64,000 bases of DNA from Schmidtea polychroa (taxonomy: Eukaryota). The notes beneath the pieces are model-generated. The model was not told where the DNA came from. It ran no database searches and saw only the letters and a program-made list of their open reading frames with translations. Shown here piece after piece: positions 13,401 through 27,518 of this stretch; position 1 is the first letter of the stretch; the number at the start of each line of letters is the position of its first letter. The stretch covers positions 215,636,001 to 215,700,000 of the forward strand of contig CM097885.1 in the NCBI GenBank assembly GCA_044892525.1. The letters run 5' to 3'. A program made the position numbers and the translations under genes.

Positions 13401-14178
13401 GAAGCTTTTAGAACGGAAGAGTGGACCACATCCGGCATTATCGAATGTCTGAAAACAGTGTTTACGCGCTTCGGTATCCCTGAATATGTCGTAACAGATA
13501 AGACACCGGAGTTCACATCTAACGAATTGATGTCTTGGTTAGAGAACCAAGGAACCCGTAAAATGGAATCTGCACCATACTTTCCAATGGCAAATGGTAG
13601 AGCTGAACGAGCAGTTCAAACAATCAAGACGGGTATAAAATGTTGAAAGTTAAGTCAATGCTATACTGAATTTGACGAGTTTCTTCAAAAGATGCTATTC
13701 TATCAAAAGATATCTGCTGATTTTGAAGGTAAGCCCCCATCAGAAATGATTTTTGTGAGACTAATACGCAGACCGATAATACCTCCATTCCAACAAGGCG
13801 AAGTTGTGGACTACAAATCTGGCTTACTAATGACACCTCTTGTCAGACCTTTCTTATGCCAAAGGGCAGGAATTCATCATGGGTAATCTCAGAATATGAC
13901 TACAACCCGATCATGAAATTAGCAAGTAACAACCAACTATCTCCAAAGAGGCTAAATGAGAAAATGGAGAAGAAAATTCCGTTATCACTAGATGAAACGC
14001 CAGACATGAACGATCAGACAGAAGAAGTTATACCCATTGCCTCTCAAAACGAGCTTCAAAAGATCAATCAAATTTGTAGACTTCCGCAAAGAAATCAATA
14101 TTATTAAAATTGTTTTAATAAACTTATGTAATAGAAGAATAAAATTTTGAAATAGACTTATTATTCAATTCACTTCAA
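10491..14178 (+). mobile_element. Ty3/Gypsy LTR retrotransposon, frameshifted (non-functional)
   Basis: Gag fragments 10719-11191; protease DTGADVS (11245..11613); RT 11755-12140 with YQDD; RNase H 12518..13081; integrase 13038..13646 (PR-RT-RH-INT order). Direct repeats 10491-10580 and 14089-14178 with a TG...CA core, and PBS-like TGGCGCC at 10581. Confidence 0.93.
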
Positions 14179-14307
14179 AAATAATTGTCTAAACTGATTA
14201 TTTATAAGAATTTAATCAATATTAATAATAAGTCATTATTAATTTTCAACGCCCAAAGATGGCAAAAAAATCAATGCATTTTCGTAATGCAATGCTTTTT
14301 TGATTCC

Positions 14308-14623
14308 CGGTAAGTTTATCGAAAGCGAGTTTATCGAAAACGAGTTTATCGAAAAATATTATTTTTAAGGAACTTACGAATTGTGGATTTTATCTCAAAA
14401 AAGCATGTCTCTTTTTAAAAAATTAAAAACTTTTAAATATTTCATTCGATTTTATTCGCTTTCGATAAACTCGCTACCATTTTTTCAATATTTTTTACCT
14501 AAAACGAATTTTTTGCAACAAATGCTATTATAAACACATTTTAAGTTTCTGCATATAAAGAAAAAATTTAAAAGTTTTTAATTCCTTAAAAATAATATTT
14601 TTCGATAAACTCGTCGGCTACCG
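14308..14623. mobile_element. MITE-like element with GAGTTTATCGAAAA subterminal repeats
   Basis: CGGTA...TACCG ends; inverted GAGTTTATCGAAAAATATTATTTTTAAGGAA / TTCCTTAAAAATAATATTTTTCGATAAACTC. Confidence 0.6.
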
Positions 14624-14649
14624 CTTTTTACTATAAAAAACGGAAGAAT

Positions 14650-16060
14650 GCAACTGAAGCAACGAAAAAAATTGTAAATGTTTATGCAAAGGATGAAGTT
14701 AATGAATCTACACTGTAATATTTAAGAACGTGAATAATGATCTCATAATTATATAAAATCAAAATTCAAGCCTTAAAAGTTACTTAAATTTAAAAAACTT
14801 ACTTGAAAACCATTTATAAATTGAATAAATGAAGTAAACAACTTCACACTCATAAATGGCGAGTTATCCACTGATGTACACACTAATGTGTATTATAGAA
14901 ACTTATATTTTGGATTTAGGTGTAATATTATAACACAGTCACCCCTCAACAAATTTTAGACAAGACTGCACTCGCACGATTGCATGAATCAACCAAATAG
15001 CGCAGGGAAGTGTGCGTATCACGTACGCTAACCATAGATAAACAACAACCAACCACAAATATAATATGTGGCGCCAACGTTGAGCCAACCACCATCAGAC
15101 ATTAAACGGATTGCTGCTGTATTCAGCCAGGTTAAGTGAAGTTACGCAGACTAAATAGTACCTACTTTAAATTCACATTTTAATATTAATAATTATAATT
15201 TAGTAACATAAATTTATTCATAGTAAAATGTACTCGCCAGTTGGACAGCCTTGATCTACAATAATAAAATGGTTTGTTAAATTCAGAGCTAGGAATTTCA
15301 ATTTCGAAAATAATGATCGATCTGAACGAGCTTATGCAGTGGATGATAACTAGATCAAGACACAAATTGAGAACAATCTAAGGTTGACTACTCGTAAATT
15401 AACAGAGAAGATAGGAGTTTCAAAAACACGATATGCTATAATAGGGTCAAACTGGGGTATGTTTGTCTGAGAAAAATTATATGGATAGTTTTTTAATAAG
15501 GTCATAAAACTCAATGAAGACACCTTTTCTGAGACAAATGTTTACTGGAGATGAAAAATTGATAGTATATGACAACCGAGTTCGAAAAAGATCTGAGACA
15601 TTCATCCAATCCTCTACAATGCACTTCCAAGGCAAATATTCATAAAAAAGGTTTGTCTTGTGTTTTGTGGGGTTATTAAAAGGAATTGCTGCCACAGAAC
15701 TAAGTCATCGATTTTGATGCCTGTTAACACCAAAGCATTCCAAAGAAACGACCGGTATTGTCAAACAGAACGGGAATTTTTTTATCATGAAAACACAAGA
15801 CCTCATGTTTCTTTGAGAACTCGTGATAGCTATAAAAACTTGGTTGGAATATTTTGCCTCATCCATCATACTCACCAGACATTACATAATCAAAATACAA
15901 TTTATTTCGATCCTTACAGAACTCCTTGAATGGAATATCATTTACAAATTGTGATAGTGTTAAAAGGCACATTAAAGAATTGTTTGAGTAAACCAGTACA
16001 ATTCTATACTGATGGAATATTTATATTACCTGGAAGACAAAGGTGGTTGGACAAAACCAT
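14650..16060 (+). pseudogene. Mariner-family transposase remnant, interrupted
   Basis: Degenerate motifs WFVKFR, TGDEK, HENTRPH and HPSYSPD appear in order across several frames. Confidence 0.75.
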
Positions 16061-16741
16061 CAATATTTTGCTTAATAAAGATTTTTCCAACATACAAAAA
16101 GTAAAATCACGAGTAGAATTAAAGTACAATCCATATTTTTTATATTTTCAATTGAGTGTCCATAGTGCAGTGGTTTTCATTTGATGACCAACTGTTAACA
16201 TACGCTTTTGGATCGAAATAAGTAGTGGATTGCCAGAGGGTTTAAGAAACAACAAATTTGAAAAATCTCTCGTTAATAAAGATGAAAGTGTTGTTGTAAC
16301 AATTGAATTCATAGTTGAAAGTTCTGGTCCAGATCCAGTATCTACCATTTCTATTGAAGGTGTGTTGGATAAAAAGTTGTTTTTAATTTATGGAATTTCT
16401 ATGCCAACATTCTTGAATGAATATTAATAGCTAAACTTCTATAATTTTCTATAAATGTAAAAACAAAACCTTTGATGTTAAATAAAAACTGAAACATCGC
16501 CCGGTTGAAATATAAGTTTACAAAATTACTATGAGATTTAGTCAGGTTTATCGAAAGAAAATTCACCATATAATGTACTGTAAGACCGAAAAGGTTGTAA
16601 AAAAATTTTAATAATGAAAAGTGAAAATTGAATTCAAACTTGTTTTTCTCAAGTGTATGCTTAGTTTGATATTCATCGTGCCTTTCTTTAGAATCTTTAT
16701 TGGTGTTTAATTCAATTAGAGTATACGGAGTATTGTCTGAA

Positions 16742-19700
16742 TCATTTTTGGGGGAATTCGGAGACATTGTCTTTACATTTTCTATGATTTCTTTTATCAA
16801 AACTCTCGCATCGTCTGAAAAAAGTATCATAAATTACGACTAAAACATTTCTATGCTTCAGACCTTTATTATCCGATATTTTACTCTCTTCTATTTGTTC
16901 TTCAGTAAAACTTTCAAACTGCATTTCACTTAACAAAGAATTATCTTGGTCAACCTCAGAGGGAATATTACAGGCGCTTTCAAAACTGGGACTGAACATC
17001 CATTCATGATGATTAATAATACTTTCAACCACCTATTCGAAAAGACTTTCAAATATAGAGACTACTAAAAATACTTCAATTCGATAACGATAATCACTCA
17101 TCAGAATTTCATTGGTTTCCGTGGGAGGTCTGATTAAGGTTGGCGCGAAAACGACAGCTAGATTTTTTGATGTCATTTTATTTATTGAATTCTTACTCGA
17201 TACCAGAAATAGATGACTTGCTAAATATCTTAGCGTTTCTCTATGGTATCTGTATTCTGGATGATCGGGCACAGAATCTAGAATATTCAATAATCTCTGC
17301 ACAGACAATAACCTCTTTTCTCGATCTTTTTCGTACATTTTCCATGCAGAAATTATTTCAAAATAGTAATCTTTATACAATTTAACAATAATTCTCTTAG
17401 CCAAACATATTTCTAGTTATACCCTTTGGAAAAACTCCATCTGGTAAGTTTCTAAGAAAGGACTTCAGCACACCACTAATTGCATATATATCATTCCATA
17501 CTTCTGAGGATAAGTCTATCTCATTCAATGGCTGAAAAATAGTATATTGTTTAAAAACTAAAAATTATAATTTACGCATAAATAAATTTCTAGTGATGAA
17601 TAACAAAAAATAAAATATACAGATATATCCCAATTACTTATAGAATAGTACTTATAGATATATCCTAAGTACTCAATAATGTGAATTCTGTTCAAATGTT
17701 TCATAGACAGAATTCTTGTTAAATAAAAATTTTATAAATTTGGTTAAGTTGAATAAGACTTTATTCCAACCTGGAAAATACAGCTAAAGAAGTTGTTTCG
17801 ATCAAAAAAATTAAAAACAAAATCAATATGAAGCTGTGTCGCAATGAAAAATATTTATCATTTGTCATCATACTATCCTTTCATAGTGAATTTGGAGAAA
17901 TAGAATTCAAGAAAATAGGAAATCAGTATTTCAATATCAAAATTCATAGCTCAAAGGCAATTCCAATAATGTTTGTGTTGTCAATATGGATAATGGGTAA
18001 GGCTAGAATTGTATAAGGTTATAATCTTTTCAAAAAAAATATTTTTGTTTTTTGATTGTTTTTTTAATTTGNNNNNNNNNNNNNNNNNNNNNNNNNNNNN
18101 NNNNNNNNNNNNNNNNNNNNNNNNNNNNNNNNNNNNNNNNNNNNNNNNNNNNNNNNNNNNNNNNNNNNNNNNNNNNNNNNNNNNNNNNNNNNNNNNNNNN
18201 NNNNNNNAAACCATATTTATGTAAAGTAAAATAAATAAAACAGATAAAATTCGGTAAACATTAATATTTTCGTAAGAATTTTTATAAATAAAGATACGAA
18301 CATATAAGTTCATGTAAATTGAAAGATAATTACCAATGTATTAGTAAAATAGATTAATATTATTCAGACCATTTAGGGGTTTTTATTCTATTTTATGTTT
18401 ATAGTAAGTTCATATAAACAATAAAAATATCATGTATATAACTTTTTTTAATTTTTTATGAATATCTTGCAAGTAATATATTTTTGAAATCTGTGATTCA
18501 ATATCGCATTTTTAAAAGGTAAGAACTAATATAATAGTACAAGTAGTTTAATTTTGAATTTGAATGCGAATGTGGTTCTTATTGCGAATGCAAGCCTAAG
18601 TATGAAAGTGAGAATACAAGTAAGCGTGGAAGTAGTGTAAGTAGTGGTAGTAAACCGGGTAAGACCGACGATACTAAACGAGCATGACAACCAAATAGTA
18701 AAACCGAAAGCGAGCAGGAGTCAGGGAGCAATACTGCGAAAGAAGACGAATATTAATATTGCATTAAAAATTCATTTTATGAAATATGCCAAAGGTCAGT
18801 TATTGTGTCATTGACCTATGTGGTGAGTTCAATAAGTACCCCAACCAGGTGCTATAGGAAACCAACAGGAAGGGTATATTTTAAAATAAAAAACAACAAG
18901 TGTATGTACGATTTATTTTGTCAATATAAAACCTATTGTGGTCCACACACTTCATCCAGCGATTCACAAACCTTTTTCAGCGATGAGTTTTATTCACAGT
19001 AATGATGTTTTTGAGGAATTGGTAACCATGTTCATCAAAAATGAGAAGGTTTGCTATGCAGCATTCTATCCGATTTTCACACATTACTGGGCAAAGAAAA
19101 CGTGGGACGAACCTGGACGCCATTTTCTTAGACAAGGTTCAATCAGATACATGCAACAGCTGAGAGGTATTCTTGATAATAATTCAGTGTTTTTCCTCCG
19201 AAAATTACATGCATTACTCTTCATTGGTCAGAAATTTCAAAAGGACGACCAACCTCATCATTACTGACTAGTGACCATTTTTTAACTGAATAATAAACTC
19301 GTAGATTGTTGTACGAAAGGGATATATATTGCCATAAGTTGTTTGCAACTTATTCCGTATTTTCTGGCTGTTATCCCACGAAAAACAAAGAATGCAATCA
19401 CTCTTCGAGACTCGACAGAATGTAGCATGATTTGACAAATAAATTGAAAACGGGTTCTTCCGTGCTGCTAAGGTAAATATTAAATAAAACTATCTGTTTA
19501 TAACCATATTAAGATTTAACTAGATTTAACCCTTTCAATACGATTTTTTTATTTTAATAATTCATGTAATATTTATAGCACAAAATATTTATTGCTAATT
19601 CTTCTTCAAAATCAATGTTATCCACAATATCTGGGAGCTCTTTGTCTGACAAAGGTTTATCCATTCTAACACAAAAATTTTGAATATATAGGTAATTCAA

Positions 19701-22700
19701 TACTGATGGAACATAATATCCCAATAATTAACACTATTAGGACATATAGGTCCCATTTTTATTTTTGGAAATAAAACAACTCATAAAAACTATAGCTGCA
19801 CACTAAATAAGTAAAATAAAATTATAAATAGCTTATTTGGCAATTCCGAGCACAGCACATATAAAAACACAGTTAGTAATAAGCGTGACACGTGTCTACT
19901 GTTTGTTAGCAACATCTAGACTGACAAAATTTTATAGAAAAGAAAAAAAGCAGACAGCAAACAGCAATAAAGCAGACAGGTTTGGATTTGTTTACAAGCC
20001 TATGACGGTACAGTACTAAAATCCCAGATCCCAATGCATTTGTAAGCATTTAAATTATTTTAGTAATTATTAGAAATTCTCTGGGACAATATGTCCCTAC
20101 AGTATTGAAAGGGTTAAAGTACTATTATTTTTCATGGGATATTCCGGGTACTTATTGAACACACCACGTATTAAGTAATTAATACAAATACGACACTGCA
20201 TTGTATGAAAATTCAATCAATGGTAAAGAATTAACAAAATTGAAATTTATTTTTGATTTTATAAATTTGTGTAATTAGAAATTTGTTGTATTAAAATATT
20301 TATTTATAAATTTATTTTCAATTTTTTGATAAGTTCTCATAAAATAAGTTTCCTAAAATGCTCCGAAATGTATCCCGAGTACATTTGCTTGAAAGAACTA
20401 ATTCTTTAAAACTTATAACAGTCAGTTACAATTATAACGCAAATATTTTCTAAAAACTGATTTTTAAATAACTAAAGTTCAAATATAAAAGATTTTAAAT
20501 AATTGAACTTTAATAGCATAAATGTTGCACATAAAATAATTGTGAAACACCATTGATCATATCAATATAAATAGATTGGATATAACAATGTTTTAGTGTC
20601 AGATTTATAACTGATTATTCAATACGAACAAATTTTTCTTCGACTTTCTCACTATCAAGTATAACTAATACTGGAAATCATCGTGAAATATTTCAAATTA
20701 TTTATAATATCATGTATACATTTGAATGTCACAATTTCCTTCAAATAATATATTGCTGACGATCGGATCATTGGTAAAATCAGATAATGACACAAATTTG
20801 GATTTTTATTTGCTCGATTTATTCTGATGCGACGGCGACAATCAATAAACACAAAATTTTAATATTTTCCACCAGATTTAATTTGGATATATTTACATAT
20901 TTATACTTGTGGTTCAATGAGAAAATCTATCAAAAAATTAGAAGAGATTATTATCACGAATATAAACTATCTATCTAAGATAAATTCGTATAGAATTGAT
21001 ATAGAATTTGGTTAATTACATCCTAATTTTATATTTTAAGTACAATGACAAAAATATAAATTATAAAGTGAAAGATTGTTAAGTCAAATTTTAAATAGGA
21101 ATCTATTTGTATTATAGAAAGATAATTTGGATAAAAGTAAAATTAAAACAAAATAGATTAAAATTTTATTTAATTTGAAATTTAAACTATAGACCAAAAT
21201 TTTAGGGAAGATTTGATATTATCTGACAGATAGCTAGTCAGACCATGACTAGGTGAATTAAAATATTGTTACGTAACTATATTATCAAATGCAACAAGAA
21301 TCAAAATTATGTCTGAATTGCTGCATTAATAAAAAATATGTAATTCAAGACAAATTTTTGAATACATCTTATCAAATAACTTACAAATAGGGCGTATGAG
21401 CAACTCATATCGTCACTGTATCACCAAATATGTTCAAACATTACAATGACATCCGATTGCGATAAATAATTAAATAGAATCAAATGGTTTTTTGGTTTTC
21501 GGATGACTAACTGAATATAATAGTTAATTTTTGATCTCTATATATTGTATTGTATTGTCTGTATTGTACTGTAAATCAATCAGAAATTCAAAACGAACAA
21601 AATTATCTTTGAGTAAAATCATAAGACAAAAGAGACTACCAAATTTAACTGAAAGCCGAATCGGAAATTTTAATAAGTCTTGACTTTTAAGACATTGATT
21701 CCTTTCTAATAACATCCAATTTCGGGAGGCAATTTAGATTATTTTGGTTTCATATGAATAAAATAAAGTTTTGACAATCAATTTAAATATTTAATAATAA
21801 TGTAAACCAGATCCTATATTGGATAAGCTAAGTTTTGATACTTTACTTTTTACAATAAACAGAAAACCTTAGTATATGAATGTAATCATCATTACATATG
21901 AAAGCTGTCTGTCTTTCTGCCTTTTTGGCACTATGCATCTGCAAAAATATGCTAAGAAAGTTTTGACGGGTTAATCATAGTGATATTATATTTCGAAAAA
22001 CATCAACCCAAAATTTTAAAATTAAAATTCAATAATTGGTTGATAATCATAAAAGCAGCAATTGTTGGCTTCATACTTCTCCGATTGAATCGACGTTTGG
22101 AAGAACCATAAATTTTTCCACCACTTTGTTAACCCTTTCAACACTGAATTTTATTTCTTCAGAAATTGATTAATTTTTTATAATAAAACTATTTGTTACT
22201 GAACTATTTGTTAGAACTTTGTAGAAGACTTTCTTCCACCAATAAGGCGACCTTCTATTCAGGTCGTAAACGGCCACAAGTTGGTCACAGAGGTCTACAC
22301 CGCCCATTTTCTCATTATAAAAAAGATGACATAGAAACAATTTTTCAAAAATGTTTGGGATATAAAATATCCCAGGAATGTTGTAAGGGTTAAGGGAATC
22401 TTGGTATGTTAAGGAATCCTTTATCTTTGTCAACAGATAAGAGGCAGGTTCGTTCTGTTTGATACGACCAACACAGTAAAAACTCTGACTCCAAATAAAA
22501 ACGCAACAGCCCGACAAAGATGAAAGCTCAAAAATGTGGGTGGCTTCCTGAAATTTGACGCAATAATATTGACCCAGAAATGGACAATACTTTTCCATTT
22601 TAAGTACTGGCTTAGAAATTATAACCCAGAGTAACACAGGATCAAAAGATGATTACTGATACTCTGTAAAAAAAATAAAAAAAAACATTTTTGTACCCGC

Positions 22701-25700
22701 TCGGAAACTCCTTAAATTCCAAAATTGTCGAATTTCTGTTGATAAAATTTCCCACTTGGCTTCGCAAATAGCTAAAATCAAAATTGATTATATTAGCTAA
22801 TTTTCCATTTAAATCCATGTCTGAAATTGTGGACTTATTGCTTTTTTCGTGTTCATAAATACGAAAGCTTTGTGATCTGTTCGAGTCACGAATTCTTTCC
22901 CTTATAAATACTGTCTAAAATATAAAACATATTCATGCAATGCCAATAACTCTTTCCTGATTACGCAGTATCCCGTTTCATGGGCCGTCAGATTTCTTGA
23001 ACCGTATGCGATAACTATTTCTGATCCGTCTTCTTTTATTTGACTCATTACTGCTCCAATAGCTTCAAAACTGACATCAGTATCCAAAATAAATTTACAA
23101 TCTATACGAGGAAAATCAAGAATATGAGCTTGTGTTAAGGCTTTAAGTTGTCTAAAACTGTTTTCACAATTTTCTGACCATTCGATTGTTTTATCACAAC
23201 TTGACGCTGCTGCATGTAGGGGTGCTGCTATTTTAGCATAATCTTTGACAAATCGTCTATAGTAACTTGTCAAACCCAGAAATGATCGAAGTAGTTTTGT
23301 GGTTTCGTCGATTCTGTAATTGACTTGATCTTCTCTGAATTTGTCTGTATTCCATCTTCACTGACGGTGTGACCAAGGAATTTTAATTTGGTTTTGTAAA
23401 TTTCGCACTTCTCCGGATTTATTCTTAGTCTTGTTTTTTGTATTCTTTTAAAAACTTCTCGCAATCGCTCATCATGTTCAGACTGATCCTTGCTATATAT
23501 CAGAATATCGTCTAAATAAACAATTGCTCCATTAAAAATAACAGCGTGTGCATTAATCTCTGAAACGTTACTGGAGCCGTTGATAATCCAAATGGATGAA
23601 GATTGAAACAAAATTGACCTTCTTGGAACTAATAGCCGTTTTCTTTTTTGGTTTTTCTGCTAATGCGACCAGATAGTATGCTTGTCCAATATTTAAAGAA
23701 GAAAAAAAATTAGATCCTGATAGGTCATCGAATAATTGGGATATGTTTGGCATAGAGAAAAATTCTCTTTCTGTCATTTTATTCAACTCTCGATAATTTA
23801 CGCACACTCGTATTGAGCATCTTTCTTTCCTACTACAACCAATGGGGAGCTCCATGGACTTTTACAGCGTCTTATAACTCCAGCATCGGTTGTCGTCTTG
23901 GAAATTGAATTGTTGGATTCCCAGATGTATTAATTTCGTGCTCCGCGATTCTTGTGAATCCTAAATCAAATCTGGCTACCATAAATATTGACCAGAATTC
24001 ATCTAATAATTTTTTAATTGTTGGCAATTCATTTCTTCCCAATTCCTTTTATTTTTCTCTCGTCATCAGTATAATTACTAATCTTTGTCTCGGATTCAAT
24101 GTTGTTAATTTCCATTAACTGCACTCAAAATGCTTTCAAGGTATCTATCCCCCCCCAATAAAACCTGGAAATATATTTTTAATAACAAAAATTTTGATAG
24201 TCCTCAACTTATTGTGCCAATAAACTTTTGCTTCTGTACATCCCTATGATTTTTTAGTTCCTGGAAAAACTCCACATATCTTGATTTCACTGCTGCTTAA
24301 CCGTGGAATGCCAATTTTATTCCATTTTTCCTCATTCATCACTGTAATCGAAGCTCCAGCATCCCATAACATTTCGATCTCAACATCATTTATCATCATC
24401 TTGCTCCATTCTCTTCAATCTAATGTCGCACACCTCATTCCTTCTGTTCTGTCATTCCAATTTTCTTCCATTTCAACCCAATTGACGAAATGTATGCAAT
24501 AGAGTTCTTCGTGTTTTTTCCAGTTTCCACATCATCCGAGTAATTTCTTAGGTTTTCTTCGTCATGCACACAAGCTCTCATTTTCTTGTTCTCATAGTTA
24601 TGTTCTTCTTTCTTTCTTAATAAATAACAATCACGGAAATTATGTCCTCCCTTTACCACATATCAAACATCTATCTTTTAGTGGACATTCATATTTCCTA
24701 TGTCCATATTCTCCACAGCAAAAACATTGGCCTGACTGTAATTCGTTGTTTCATAGACCAGGAAGACCTGTAGATAAATTGTATAATCTCTTGGTGGTGT
24801 GTTTAAGCGAAACCGTTGATGCCCTTCTCTGTACATACCGCTCGACTGTATGATTCATTTCGTTATTTTTGTTATACGAATTATCTAGTAAATTCTGTCT
24901 TCTGTAATTTCCTTGGCTTCTTAATACATTGGCATTACTTCCATTTGTTTCTCTTGTAAAAGTTTCTGAATTCCTTCTCCTTGTTGCTTCCGCGTAACTA
25001 CTCTTCTTTATTACCATAATTTCTTCAGTCTTTTCTTTTAATTCCACTTTTTTATAAATTTTGGCCAGTTGATTTAATTCTTCTGATGTCATCGCTGGTT
25101 TCATTGTTAGTGCATCTTTTAATCTTCTGTTTCTGACTCGTCCAGTAATTATTTCATTGGGAATCTCCTCTACCCTCATTCCTGAATTAATAACTTCACC
25201 AACTAATTTTAATACCCTGATTTCGAAGGTTGCATATCACTCATTTTCCTCTTGTCTAATTGCAGCAAGTTCTTTAATCTTGTCTATAATAGTCAATTTA
25301 ATTGTAAATGTTTCGGAAAACCATTCTTTAGCTGCTTCATCTGTCGTCTTTTTTGTTTTGAAATTTTTCCACATCGTAGCCACTTCTTCGCAAAGGATAA
25401 AATCGAATGCTTCTGTCCTCTTCAAATCATTCCTAGCGATCCAATCATCCATCTAAAGATTTATTTAATTATTAACACAGAGCGATCACTTAAATATTCA
25501 TGTATATTGTGCAATAACTAACACATGGTATTGAATTACGCAATATACTCTGAACTGCTTCACATTTGGTCTTTGACTTCTAATGTAATATCATTACTAC
25601 AAATATTATGATTAGAGAAAGATCAAACTGTTAATTTATTCGTTCAATTATTTCAGATTTTAATTCATTTTATATAAATGACCATTCATCTCGCAAATTT

Positions 25701-27365
25701 AACTAGTTGGAATTAATTAATCTTGAGTGCCATACTCAAATTTTTGAAATTGTCATTTTTCGATTCGAAACAAAGGTATTTTCTTTAGACCTAATTTTGA
25801 GATTTTACTCAAAAAGATTATCCTTTTTGTGCTATTTTATCTCATTCTTAAACGTACAAGGTTTGACAATCTGAGTAGATTAATTTCTCATTTTTCATCA
25901 CTCATCTACAGTGCCGGATTAAACTTCTAAAGCCTCACAGAGTTTTTCCAGTATTTGAGTAAAAAGATAAAAAATGAAAAGTATATAGTAACAAAATACT
26001 TTCCATGTACTTGGTGAGTAGATATGCCATTATTCGGAAAAACAATTTTATGATGAAAAACAACTTCTTATCAGGTTATTGACGAACAGAACCTGATAAA
26101 TCATTAATATGTTGGCAAGTTTTGTTTCTCATGAAATATCCTCTAGTGCTGTCTAAAATGTTGTAGAATGTTGGATCTGCATTAAGTTCAAAATTCAAAA
26201 ATTCACAGCCTGAGTCCACTATCAACTCTGTCTTCAATATCTTCATCACTAACTTTCCTTCTACAATATTCACAAAGTCAAAGTCTTAGGCTTTTTCATT
26301 TCACGTTTCAAACTTTCCAAAACTTCTTATGCTTTTCAAAACCACTGGCATTTTCCATCCTCTTCTGATTATGAATTATGACGCAAACTAAAATTAAACA
26401 ATGTGGCAAATGGACTTCATTAAATAAATTTTATATTAACAAATTTTATATGCAATATTTGCATCTTTCACTATATAAGAGTAACACTTGTTTTCGATCT
26501 TAATATGGATAAATTTAATTATGAAATTGTAATCATTTAGTTGTTTTGGAAAAGATTCCGGAAATTTTCATCTTGAAATTTAGAAAATCTTAGTATTGAA
26601 TAAATGTTTTATATTTGTTATTTTATTTTTGAACAATTTTTGATTTAATTTCTCTTTATTTATGACTTTTGATATCCTATCATACAACCAGAGGAGAGAG
26701 TCAAAAATCATTTAATGCATAAACATAAATTTTAGGTTACACTTTTTCAAAAATTAATTGATTATTACAAATTAATTTTTAAATTAAGAAAAAAACCTTG
26801 TTTCAAAAAATTACATAGCATTTATTTACATAATTAAAACTATACCCTTCTCAATTCTCCATTAATAGCATCCAGTGACAGCTTATTGCCGGACACTCGA
26901 TATATCCCAACATAATGCATACCAAATTGTTCAATAACTTTCACACATATTTCTACAACTAATGGAATTAACTTTAGAAAGAAAAATTATAACTTAAATT
27001 AAAGTAAAGTCTTTACCGGAGATGTAACACTTCTTTGCCATTTATCAAGAGGCAAAGTAGCTAAATGTGGGATTTGAACTTTATCACCAAGATACCCTAA
27101 ATGATCTGTACATATATTTACAGCCATTTCCTTAGATTCTTCGGTCTCTGAAACTGTTAGAAAATGAGGTTCAGTTTTCATTAGCCATTCTTCTTGCTGT
27201 TTCTTGAAATCTGAACCTGAATCTAATAAATAATGATTTTAAATTAAAAAAAAAATTATTAATTTTCACCATTATTTAATCTCCTTTGAGTGAAATTTCT
27301 GACACGATTCAATGCATGATGGAGTTTGCCTTTATTGCACGTAGATTCGACTTTGGCTGTCGTAG
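16742..27365 (-). CDS. Host Rho GTPase-activating protein (ARHGAP21/23-like), core exons
   Basis: Exons 27365-27270, 27222-27017, 26971-26846, 17531-17423, 17370-17075 and 17032-16864 join in frame via GT-AG introns of 47, 45, 9314, 52 and 42 nt; a probable further 49-nt intron leads into 16814. The product contains IPLVVEICVKVIEQFGMHYVGIYRVSGN...DIYAISGVLKSFLRNLP...NKMTSKNLAVVFAPTLIR...HHEWMF, a complete RhoGAP domain with the arginine finger. Exons 3' of about 16640 were not resolved. Confidence 0.88.
19530..20113. mobile_element. Non-autonomous piggyBac element, 584 bp
   Basis: TTAA-CCCTTTCAATAC ... GTATTGAAAGGG-TTAA: perfect 12-bp TIRs and TTAA target duplication. Confidence 0.92.
22133..22640 (-). 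mobile_element. piggyBac 3' fragment with transposase C-terminal remnant
   Basis: TTAA-CCCTTTCAACAC terminus at 22129-22144; ORF 22170..22637 contains YNEKMGGVDLCDQ...RRSPYWWKKVFY. Confidence 0.85.
22902..25456 (-). mobile_element. Degraded Ty3/Gypsy retrotransposon (gag-PR-RT-RNase H; integrase missing)
   Basis: Gag fragments 24751-25452, a zinc-knuckle-like GHNFRDC, RT with YLDD (23270..23611) and RNase H FILDTDVSFEAIGAVMSQ (22902..23273). Many frameshifts; LTRs not identified. Confidence 0.88.
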
Positions 27366-27518
27366 CTGCAAATTTAAGTATAATCTCATTTAATCTTATT
27401 TATAATATATAGAATATTCAACTTCGTGTTAACAAAAGAGCACAAATAACTTTATCTCAAAAATTGAATAATAATTTTATTTGAAATATATTATGAAAAT
27501 TGAAATGTTACAAAAAAA

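Noticed and set aside
18009-18313. ORFs spanning N runs (also 4872..5234, 48396..48604, 50919..51183)
   Set aside because: Their length comes from assembly gaps.
18805-19267. Two overlapping ORFs as a possible transposase fragment
   Set aside because: No diagnostic motif was recognised, so they are left unassigned.
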